This document shows positions 49,801-58,543 of a stretch of DNA of 64,000 bases, one piece after another (position 1 is the first letter of the stretch; the number at the start of each line of letters is the position of its first letter). The notes beneath the pieces were generated by a model, which ran no database searches, was not told the DNA's origin, and worked only from the letters and a program-made list of their open reading frames with translations. Source of the stretch: Mytilus edulis. Taxonomy: Eukaryota. The position numbers were made by a program, and so were the translations under genes. The DNA lies in contig NC_092357.1 of assembly GCF_963676685.1 (NCBI RefSeq), forward strand, positions 60,574,001 through 60,638,000, in the 5' to 3' direction.

Positions 49801-52467
49801 TAATCCCGTTGCTGCATTTCTGCAATGATTAAATGACAGATGTGTTTTTCCAACAGATAAGTTAAGCAATTGCACTAAAGGTCAGTTTTCTTATTGATCA
49901 TATGATCAATTACTATCCGGATGTTTAAGTGGTGATATGTGATACCACCTCTTTATCTTTAGATTGTTTTACATCATTGGGCGTATTAAAAAAATCGTAT
50001 CGAAAGGGTTTAGTTTAAACATATTTATTTATAGTGGATTGGAAAACTTATATTAATCCCTTTCCACTTTGCGGGTGCGAGTGCTGCCTTGTAGCGGCAT
50101 TATCCTACTCTTTTTCGACATCTACATGGGTGTCTTTAACGTGCAAGAGATATGGCTCTCTCTTAACACGGGTCAGCCATTTATCGTCCCCTTCCGACTG
50201 ACTATCATCGTTTCCTCAAGACCATACTCGCAGATGGTGTCAAGGGAGAGCCGAAAATTGAGTTCCTGAAATTTTCATCCCAAACGGTAATCGAACCAGG
50301 AACCTTTGTGTTAGTAGTCCGATGCATTAACCACTACACCACGGCTCTCATTATCGAAAGGGTAATACATAAATAGTGTTATGTTCCTGTAATTGAATTA
50401 TTTCGTCTATCCGTCTGTTGCAAATTTCTGTTATTTATTTCTCAGAAACTTCAAATTAAAACTTCTTCTTTCTTGATCTAAGAATTATTATGTATCTAAT
50501 TGACTGTGGCATGGTCAAATTTACAGGAAATGACATTTGGTGTCCATTCGTTTGATGTGTGTTATCATTTGGTGTTGCCATTTGATTAGCAAATTTTCGT
50601 TTTGAATTTTCCTCGAAGTTCAGTATTTTTGTGATTTCACTTTTTACAGAGTTACATATCAACATTTTAAGAATTGCAAAGTTGCAAGTTTAATTCTATG
50701 ACACCTTTGGCTTTTTATAATTGTATGTAGGGGCAAACAAAATAAATGCTGGTTTTTAATATTATTGATACGAACTACAATTTTACAATCTACAATCTGT
50801 TTGAAGACAAATATCTATTCAAGTTCTTCTATTAGTATTAGACTTTCAGATATAAATAAACTCATCTCAGATACCAGGATTGAAATTGGTATTTGCGCCA
50901 GACTCGCATTTCGTCTACAAAGACTCATCAGTGATGCTCTAATAAAAACAAGTAAAAATTATGCAAAATAATGTGAGAAGTTGAAGATCATTGATAACCA
51001 AAAAATCAAAAAAGTTTTGCCAAATACAGCTAAGGTAATGTATTCTTGAGGTAGAATGGCCTTAGTATTTCAAAAATGTAAAGTTTAGTAAATAGTTAAT
51101 TTTTAATTATGACCATATCAATGATAACTTATGTCAACATTGAAGTGCTGACTACTGGTCTGGTGTTACCCTTGTGGAATATATACAACACCAGCAGTGG
51201 CATGGACTCAGTGGTTGTATGAATAGACTCATCATAGATACCAGGATTGAAATGTTGTATTTGCACAGGACGCACGATTCTTCTACAAAATCCTCATCAT
51301 TGACGATCGAATCAAAACACATTAAAAAGCCCCAATAATATACGAAGTTCAAAAGCATTGAGGACCAAAAAAACCTTGAAGTGTTGCCAAGTACAGCTAA
51401 GGTAATCTATTCCTCCGGAAGATAAGCCTTAGTATTTCAAATATGTAAAGTTTTGTAAACAGTTTTAAAAATTTAATCATGACCATACCAATGATAATCC
51501 ATGTCAACAAAAAAGTGCTAACTCATGTCAACGCTGAAGTGCTGACTGCTTTAAAATCTCCTGTCACTCAGAAACCCACATTTCGACGAGTATGTGCATC
51601 CTTTATCTCCCAGTAAACCTGAAGTTAATACATCCGAAACTAAAAGTCTGATTCCGATATCGATGTTCTCCTTGAAATTCACAAAGTTGAACGACTTCAA
51701 AATAGACGTCTGTTACTAATGCTATGATTTCACTTTAGAAATTGCGATTTTCCCATTTCACAGAATTTAACACCCACTAACCCACCTGACTCCATTAGTG
51801 TATTTCATCTATGAGATGTAAACATCAGCCTGTAGTATCTAATGGGTTTATTTTTGTTTTATGGGTCGTACCATAGATAAATTATTGAACATAAGTTTAA
51901 TTGCTTATTCGTAAGGGACGACATCAAAAGTTCAATGTAGGATAAAAAAAACTTAATTCACATAGTTTTTTCACTTTTCTTATATTTATAGTGTCACAAT
52001 CGGGAACAGGATAAGATGGCAGAGGCAAAATAACCACAAGTGGAATAACTCAGTTGGCATAGGTGATGCATATATTCATTAACGATCACTTAACCATGAA
52101 GGAGTCAAACTTCCAAGGGGATGACTTCAATTTTATCTTTTTGAACGATAAATTAATTCCTTAACAAATTTTATGCAAGACTATCAATAAAATTCTTATA
52201 GAAAATGTATCATGAGAAGAACAAATAATAAAAAAAAACTTGAAAAACACTGAACTCTTTGAAACTGATAATTTAAAAGACAAAAAAAACATATCTAAAA
52301 CTAAAAGCCATACCAAATCAGAGCTCGTCAGAATGGTCGAATTATTTTAGAAATTATTCAAGCTTACCTTTGAACTCAATATCAGCATCCTTTGGAAGTC
52401 TCAGAAAGGAATCTACTTTCGACGTCGATAACATTGTCATAAGTAAAAGTATAAAATGTAAGTCCAT
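19725..52467 (-). CDS. M12B (ADAM/ADAMTS-like) zinc metalloprotease, ~1126 aa, 22 exons: signal peptide, prodomain, catalytic domain, 3x [ADAMTS Cys-rich + PLAC-like], mucin-like stalk, putative GPI signal
   Basis: Exons (all GT-AG, phases match, total 3381 nt): 52368-52467, 47208-47416, 46216-46293, 45080-45230, 44228-44336, 41886-41979, 41279-41356, 40617-40771, 33257-33294, 32476-32581, 31167-31337, 30473-30617, 29465-29584, 28473-28524, 27112-27371, 26817-26930, 25015-25066, 23695-23993, 22741-22860, 22087-22138, 20387-21181, 19725-19807. Motifs: [16 protein letters not shown] signal; furin sites RTKR and RKRYKR; [14 protein letters not shown]; HDHAMLFT; GLAYVGAVC; HELGHSLGASHD; YIMA Met-turn; FSSCS. 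Confidence 0.9.
22212..22255 (-). ncRNA. Hammerhead motif, subfamily B, core intact but stem III mismatched
   Basis: Reverse complement: gcgtca-CTGATGA-gtct(tatgc)agac-GAAA-cgcgca-TC-tggcgc. The C.A mismatch breaks the ACGCGCGT palindrome. Confidence 0.7.
26209..26342. repeat. Near-perfect ~134-bp palindrome (foldback/MITE-like hairpin)
   Basis: atgtcatgctctatgcttattttaacatgggtaggcattatatttg ... caaatataatgcctacccatgttaaaatgagcatagagcatgacat. Confidence 0.85.
26426..26698. mobile_element. Kolobok-like MITE, intact 273 bp
   Basis: TTAA|GGTGGTACC...GGTACCACC|TTAA; same family as 9719-10821. Confidence 0.9.
27471..27514 (+). ncRNA. Minimal type I hammerhead ribozyme, subfamily B, intact
   Basis: gcgtca-CTGATGA-gtct(tttgt)agac-GAAA-cgcgcg-TC^tggcgt; GUC cleavage triplet and palindromic ACGCGCGT stem III. 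Confidence 0.9.
29068..29452. mobile_element. MITE with ~18-bp imperfect TIRs
   Basis: caatagactactttcgag ... ctcgaaaggtgtctattg; it ends ~12 bp from the exon 13 donor. Confidence 0.6.
29711..29917. mobile_element. TA-flanked MITE (Tc1/mariner type)
   Basis: TA|CTGTG...CACAG|TA, interrupting a partial duplicate of protease exon 13. Confidence 0.6.
31875..32380 (-). mobile_element. Interspersed repeat shared with ~18600-18930
   Basis: Spurious ORFs 18689(+) and 31969/32208(-) share the text [20 protein letters not shown]. Confidence 0.7.
32690..32995 (+). mobile_element. Interspersed repeat, probable retroelement 3' end / SINE-like
   Basis: gtgacctaccgaattagactatttaccgg...ctgcttacccttccggagcacctgagatcacccc; copies at ~21448-21625, 30900-31100, 46997-47055 and 60610-60930. 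Confidence 0.7.
35555..35895 (+). mobile_element. Decayed 3' end of a LINE (CR1/L2-type ORF2 C-terminus)
   Basis: Translates with a frameshift as RISAHPL..RIEK...[22 protein letters not shown], matching the RISAHxLxIE...EDExHFxxxC pattern. Confidence 0.6.
36578..36768. repeat. 16-bp tandem repeat, ~12 copies
   Basis: Consensus ggctgtcggactaatg. Confidence 0.85.
36784..37080. repeat. Inverted duplication with ~110-bp arms and a 75-bp spacer
   Basis: 36784-36894 is the reverse complement of 36970-37080 with few mismatches. Confidence 0.9.
38390..39330 (+). mobile_element. HINE-like element with internal ~150-170-bp tandem repeats, nested in the 7-kb TIR element
   Basis: Repeated blocks cctaattcctaaact..gggaccaaaactcccaaaatcaatc..catagatttctatttacttacactaaagtta; GACGACG near the 3' end. 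Confidence 0.6.
43538..43745. mobile_element. Kolobok-like MITE (208 bp)
   Basis: TTAA|AGAGGTAGACC...GGTCTACCCCC|TTAA. Confidence 0.75.
45583..45626 (+). ncRNA. Minimal type I hammerhead ribozyme, subfamily A, intact (within repeat 45372-45650)
   Basis: gcatca-CTGAAGA-gaca(tgtat)tgtc-GAAA-tgcgca-TC^tggtgc; identical to 7990-8033. Confidence 0.85.
46454..46497 (+). ncRNA. Minimal type I hammerhead ribozyme, subfamily B, intact (within repeat ~46340-46530)
   Basis: gcgtca-CTGATGA-gtct(tatgt)agac-GAAA-cgcgcg-TC^tggcgt. Confidence 0.9.
46603..46779. mobile_element. Tc1/mariner (pogo-like) MITE, 177 bp
   Basis: TA|CAGTGAAA...TTTCACTG|TA with internal ttcggttt subrepeats. Confidence 0.8.
48217..48789. 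mobile_element. Kolobok-like MITE (573 bp, TTAA TSD)
   Basis: TTAA|AGTCATAAGAAAC...GTTTCTTATGACT|TTAA; a paralogous empty site gtagccTTAAaaaagaatatt lies at ~49621. Confidence 0.9.
48988..49460. mobile_element. MITE with 17-bp TIRs and a 4-bp TSD (AGAA)
   Basis: agaa|GGTCCAAGACCACAATT...AATTATCGTCTCGGACC|agaa; empty site atcaaaactgg at ~49783. Confidence 0.8.
50010..50351 (-). mobile_element. tRNA-derived SINE, full length, 12-bp TSD
   Basis: Head GAGAGCCGTGGTGTAGTGGTTAA (A box)...GGTTCGATTACC (B box). The central gcacgttaaagacaccc resembles Deu/Nin-type SINE cores. TSD TATCGAAAGGGT at 49998-50009 and 50352-50363. Confidence 0.85.
50855..51550 (-). mobile_element. Tandem dimer (~368-bp period) of the hammerhead-carrying repeat, i.e. 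non-LTR retrozyme architecture
   Basis: actcatc..agataccaggattgaaat at 50860 and 51228; hammerheads at 50895-50937 (core intact) and ~51263-51306 (core decayed). Confidence 0.8.
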
Positions 52468-52799
52468 CTTTGAAAAACAGTCCACTTTCTCCGTCAAAAC
52501 TGAAATTCTTTAAAACGAAACATGTTGGGCGTTATTCTTTCTAAATGTAGTATATATTTTTAAGCTAATTAATTTTATTTATTCGAATTGACCTGCGAAT
52601 ATTTTAAAGGCGTAACATTTTACCACTTAAAGATACATGCGTTATCATATTGTAAGTATTACATAAACGATATAATTTAATTGTCTGATGAAAGACGACT
52701 TTTTCGTGTACTTCCTCTTTTTACGTAGTAAATGAATGATCAAAGTACTAAGATATATTGGTTAGCAGTTGATGGATATCGGTGAAGCAGATGACTAGT

Positions 52800-54365
52800 G
52801 GTGATTTGCTGTACCCGTAATTCCATCATCAATATTTGACTTACCCGTAATATCATGATTTCAATGTGCTGTACCCGCAATTCCACGATCAATATTTGAC
52901 GTATCCGTAATTCGATCATTTTAATTTGCTCAACCCGCAATTCCACCATCAGTACTTGACGTATCGGTATTCTATCATTTCAATTGCTGTATCCGCAATT
53001 CCATCATCAATATTTAACGTATCCGTAATTCCATGATTTTAATGTGCTGTACCCGTATTCCATCATCAATATTTGACGTACTTGCAATTCCAATATCAAT
53101 ATTTGACGTACCCGTAATTCCATCATTTTAATGTGCTGTAACCGCATTCCATCATCAATATTTGACGTATCCGTAATTCCATCATTTCAATTTGCTGTAA
53201 CCGCAATTCTATCATCAATATTTAACGTATTCGTAATTCCATGATTTTAATGTGCTGAACCCGCAATTCCATCATCAATATTTGACGTACCCGTAATTCC
53301 ATCATTTTGATGTGCCGTACCCGCAATTCCATCATCTATATTAAACGCACCTATAATTCCATCGATTTCATTAGCTGTAACCGCTATTCCACCATCAATA
53401 TTTGACGTACCCGTTATTCAACTATTTTCCTTTGCTCTAACCTCTATTCCATCATCAATATTTGACGTACCTGTTATTCCATCATTTTCATTAGCTGTAA
53501 CTGCAATTCCACCATTAATATTTGACGTACCCGTATTCCATCATTTTCATCAGCTGTAACCACAATTCAACCAGCAATATTTGAAGTACCCGTAATTCCA
53601 TTATTTTCCTTTGCTGTACCCGCGATTCCACCATCGTTAGTTGACGTACCCGTAATTCCATCATTTTCATTAGCTGTAACCGCGATTCCACCATCAATAT
53701 TTGACGTATCCGTATTCCATCATTTTTATTTGCTGTAAACGCAATTCCACCATCGATTTGACGTACCCGTAATTCCATCATTGATATTTGTAATATATGC
53801 ATTTCGATCATTTTCATTTGTTGTAACCGCGATTCCATGCATCATCGATATTTGACGTTTCCGTATCGTAATTCCATCATTGACATTTGTCATACACGCA
53901 ATTCCATGATTTTCATTTGCTGTAACCGCGATTCCATGCATCGTCGATATTTGACGTTTCCGTATTCCATCATTTTCATTTGCTGTACCGGCAATTCCAT
54001 CATCGATATTTGAAGTACCAGTAATTTCATCATTGACATTTGTCTTACACGCAATTCCATAATTTTTATTTGCTGTAACCGCGATTCTATGTACCATCGA
54101 TATTTGACGTTTCCGTATTCCATCATTTTCATTTGCTGTACCGGCAATTCCATCATCGATATTTGAAGTACCCGTAATTCCATCATTGACATTTGTCATA
54201 CACGCAATTCCATGATGTTATTTGCTGTAACCGCGATTCCATGCACCATCGATATTTGACTTATCCATATTCCATCATTTTCATTTGCAGTATATCCGCA
54301 ATTCCACCATCAATAGTTAACGCACCCGTTAGTCCATTATTTTCATTTCCTGTACCCGAAATGCA
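52800..54365. repeat. ~1.5-kb minisatellite with a ~60-bp unit made of two related ~30-bp halves and a ~150-bp higher-order period distally
   Basis: aatatttgacgtacccgtaattccatcattttcatttgctgtaaccgcaattccatcatc recurs every ~60 bp (52831, 52891, 53157, 53217, 53277 ...). Confidence 0.95.
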
Positions 54366-55184
54366 ATCATCTAAATCGATTTAAAATCAACTTTATAGTT
54401 TAAATTAGCAGCAAGACGTAGTCACCTTAGTTTTGCAAGAACTTATAACCCTTCAATTGGTTCTTGTTTTGTTTTTGTGGGTATCTTATTACCCAATCTG
54501 TTTGTTTTATTCACTGTTTGAACTGTTCAACGACGAAGGTCACATTCCAGAAAAGCACTTTGGAATCATGAAATTTTCAAAGTCTTGTTTTATTTCATTC
54601 TTTAATTGGTGCATTGCGTATTTCTGAGATAAAAAATAATTAAAAAGCAAAGAAGGATTTATAGAGCTGAATCTGGTTGTATTTTTTTCTTAAACGGCAA
54701 AGAGGAAGTGGTTGAACGGTGAATGTAAAATTTGCTTTCTCACTCCAAACTGCTGACCAAATAAAGTCAATGAAATGAGAACGTAAACGCCTGATCAGGT
54801 AGTTACAAACAAGGTGTTATTCAGCATGCAGACCATATTCATCATACAGACCATGAACAATTCTTCATGCATTTCTCAAAACAGGAATATAAAAAAAAAT
54901 GTTTAAAAGAAGATGTGGCAAAATTGCCAATGAGACAACTCTCCACAAGATACCAAAATGACACAGAAATTAACAATTATAGGTCACGGTATGGCATTCA
55001 ATAGGAATGTAGTGTGGGCACTTTTTCAAATAATATAAAATTTCAATGTTCTTTTTTTTATTTCGAATAACAATTTTTAATAACATTGCACTATTCTACA
55101 TTTAACTGTAAAAGGCTAAATAGAAAAGGCTTTAATATAAAAGTAAAGAAACGCGCATATATAAACATATAAATGGAATCAATG

Positions 55185-55406
55185 TTTACAGTAAATATAC
55201 TTCTTAACTTAATTCACAGTAAATACGCATCTTAACTTCGCAGTAAATATACATCTTAACTTCGCAGTAAATATACATCTTAACTTCACATTAAATATAC
55301 ATCTTAACTTCACAGTAAATATACACCTTAACTTCACAGTAAATATGCATCTTAACTTCACAGTAAATATACATCTTAACTTTACAGTAAATATACATCT
55401 TAACTT
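55185..55406. repeat. 24-bp tandem repeat, ~9 copies
   Basis: Unit cacagtaaatatacatcttaactt; it produces the spurious KLRCIFTV-repeat ORF. Confidence 0.95.
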
Positions 55407-56334
55407 TGGACTAACAATACATTTCGTTCTAATACTTAGCCTGTTCAAAACTTAATAACTCAAAGTAAACAGGGATGGCCATTAGCAGATGGTAGAGGGT
55501 CTGGATAGGAGTTTCTTCATTCCTGTATTCATTTTTTTTTTTCTTAAACATATTTTTTTCTTTTAATCACGCCCCTGATAGAATGAAGGGCGAAAAAAGA
55601 AGTATAGAGAAAACTGAGCAAAACAATAAAGGTGTTTAGTACGCCATTGTTCTATAACCTTTATTTTTTTGCTCAGTTTTCTCGATACTTTTTTTTTTTG
55701 CCCTTCCCTTTATAAGGAGCTGGTCAAGTCATTTTTAAAAGGGAGTTCCAAACAAATGTCTCCATTCAAAAGCATTGATCGTCAAGAAATGGCCAATGGG
55801 TGTTCCAATACCGGGAACCTCCAATTGCAAACGCAACTGTTTATAATTTTGACCATAGTCTCTATTCTGTAAATCTCAACTAGACCCTCATGAACTATTT
55901 CAAATGGTCAACTCTAGTGTGAACGAAAGTTGAAAGTGAGTAAAATAGTGAATTATTCCCCATCCAGACCCCCAAAAGCAGATTTGATGATGTTCTATAA
56001 CTTGCAACTAACTCTTAACATTCTGATATGAGACATAAAACGAAGAGACTAAAATACAAACTTGCATAAAAAAAGGGGGGAAAAAAGAAGATGTGGTCTG
56101 ATTGCCAATGAGACAACTCTCCACAAGAGACCAAATGACAAATGTTCGGTTAAATAATTATATAGCATAGTAGCACTATACACTCTTTTAAAGCAAAAAC
56201 ATCACAAATAGCAAAACAAACAATTTTTTTTTAAACATTTTACTTTACATGCATACACACTTTCTTACCTGTTGCTAACATTTATGTACAGAAAGATTCG
56301 TTGAAGGTTCATAAGTAAAACAAAAAGTAATTGT

Positions 56335-57697
56335 AACAGGATGCTGTTACGAAGTCTCCCAAACAAAGCTCCCATAACTCGCCATTTATATGGTCCCATG
56401 TTCATTTGATTTGATTTTTTGTCCAATACAAGAATATATATGGCTTACGGGTGGGAATCTCCACCATTTACAAGTATTCAAACAGGAGGGGTGGTGGTAA
56501 CCCCCAGAGACTTTACCTACATTTCATTTGATTTGTTTTATTGTCCCATACAAGAATATATGTGGTTTAGGGGTGGGGATGTTGACCATTTACAAGTTTT
56601 CAAACAAGAGGGGGTGGGGTGACCCCCTCGGGACTTCCCTTTTATTTCATTTCATTTGTTTGATTGTCCCCTACAAGAATAAATATGGTTTAGGGGTGGG
56701 GATCTGGACCATTTACAAGATAATAGCACATTCTCAAATTGAACGGGGTGGGGGTAACCCCCAGGAACTTCCCTTTAATTTCATTTGATTAGCTTTATTG
56801 TCCCCTACAAGAATATATATGGTTTAGGGGTGGGGATCTGGACCGTTTACAAGATAATAGTACATTCTCAATTTGAACGGGGTGGGGTGACCCCCAGGAA
56901 CTTCCATTTAATTTCATTTGTTTAGTTTTATTGTCCCATACAAGAATATATATGGTTAAGGGGTGGGGATGTTGACCGTTTACAAGTTTTCAAACAAGAG
57001 GGGGTGGGGTGAGCCCCTAGGGACATCACTTTTATTTCATTTCATTTGTTTTCTTGTCCCCTACAAGAATATATATGGTTTAGGGGTGGGGATCTGGACT
57101 GTTTACAAGATAATAGCACATTCTCAAATTGAACGGGGTGGGGATGACCCCGGGGACTTCCCTTTTAATTTCATTTGATTTTTTTTATCATCCCATTCAA
57201 GAATATATATGGTTTAGGGGTGGGGATCTGGACCGTTTACAAGATAAAAGCATATTCTCAAATTGAAGGGGGTGGGGATGACCCCCCAGGGACTCCCCCT
57301 TTATTTCATGTGATTTGTTTTATTGTCCTATATCATTTCTGAAGACTGCATGTATCTATCACTTACAGTTTTTAAATTATATTCATTTGAAAATTTTAGA
57401 AAAATAAAATCCCATAGGGTTCTATAGTAAACCCCTCCCTCCTTTCTACCCTCCAAAATACCCCTTAATAGACCCCAACGCACAAACGAAACATTGATGG
57501 CTCACCTATACATGTTAGTCTAACATATTGTAAAATCCTAAGTAAATCTGATGAGCCGTTTAGGAGAACCGCTGCGGGCAAGTTCATTTTTAAAGTGGCG
57601 GAAGAAGAAGAAGAGGAAGAGGAAGAGGAAGAATAATAAAAATAATAAGAACTGACCAAAAACAATAAGTCTCCAAACTTTGTTTGGGAGACTTAAT
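56335..57697 (+). mobile_element. Helentron-associated interspersed element (HINE) with an internal 120-134-bp satellite array
   Basis: Subterminal IR aagtctcccaaacaaag (56352) / ctttgtttgggagactt (57678-57694); 3' hairpin AAGTCTCCAAAC-ttt-GTTTGGGAGACTT; (GAA)n at ~57601-57650; ~7.5 tandem units at 56395-57330. Confidence 0.8.
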
Positions 57698-57992
57698 AAT
57701 CAGATAACCCACGATTGAGTGAAAAGGGGTAAACAGTTATAAAAGTCTATACAAGAAAAATATTGAAAATAGAAAAAGCAGAACCGAAAGTTCAATACTC
57801 CGTTTGTCTGTGAATAAAAAAGACAGCAACTTCACGACACTAAACAAATAACACATGTGAAATTCAATTTGTAATCATCAAAAGTAGACAGGTACATTGA
57901 CCTACAATTGTTTACTTTTATAAATTGTTATTTTGATGGAGAGTTGTCTCATTGGCACTCACACCACACCTTCCTATATCTATATATGTCTA

Positions 57993-58229
57993 AAGGGGGT
58001 CTCATTGGAGGGTTCTGAACCCCGGATCCCGGTTACTGTTTTGTCCAATTTACGTATAGCGCTTACACTATGTACTTAATTAATTACAATTTTTTTTGTA
58101 ATTTCTCGTGTCCCACTAGACTTCATTTCCCGTTTTCACGGCACAGTAATTTGAGTTTCGCGTGTCACACTTACAAAAAAAATTGCAAACCCGCATCACG
58201 CTTAATTAGACCCCAATGAGACCCACTCT
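57993..58229. mobile_element. MITE with short TIRs
   Basis: gggtctcattgg ... ccaatgagaccc. Confidence 0.55.
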
Positions 58230-58543
58230 AAATCGACTGGAAGATGCACCTTTAATTATAAGGTGCGGTTCATATATTGTTTTTGATCAAATGAGAATGT
58301 CAAATCTTGTTGTATCCAAGGATTTGTATAGTAAGATCCTTGTTGTATCGTACAAAATTTTTGTTAAAAAGTTTTTAATCTAAAGTAAAATTTTCAATAT
58401 TCCTAAACACAGTTTAATATTAACATCATCTATATTTTAGCAAAGGGATAGTGAAAGACTAATTATTGGCAGTATAATTATATAAATTGTTTGCATATAC
58501 TTAAGTTTCCAAGTGTTCAATTTTGCGCGGAATTAAATCTTTT

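Noticed and set aside
50275-50349. tRNA gene on the minus strand
   Set aside because: Anticodon and acceptor stems do not pair, and it continues into a SINE body bounded by a TSD.
53515-54199. Repetitive ORFs of 100-157 aa
   Set aside because: They are by-products of the minisatellite, open in several overlapping frames.
55209-57178. KLRCIFTV-repeat ORF and GLGVG-repeat ORFs
   Set aside because: They are translations of the 24-bp and 120-134-bp tandem repeats.
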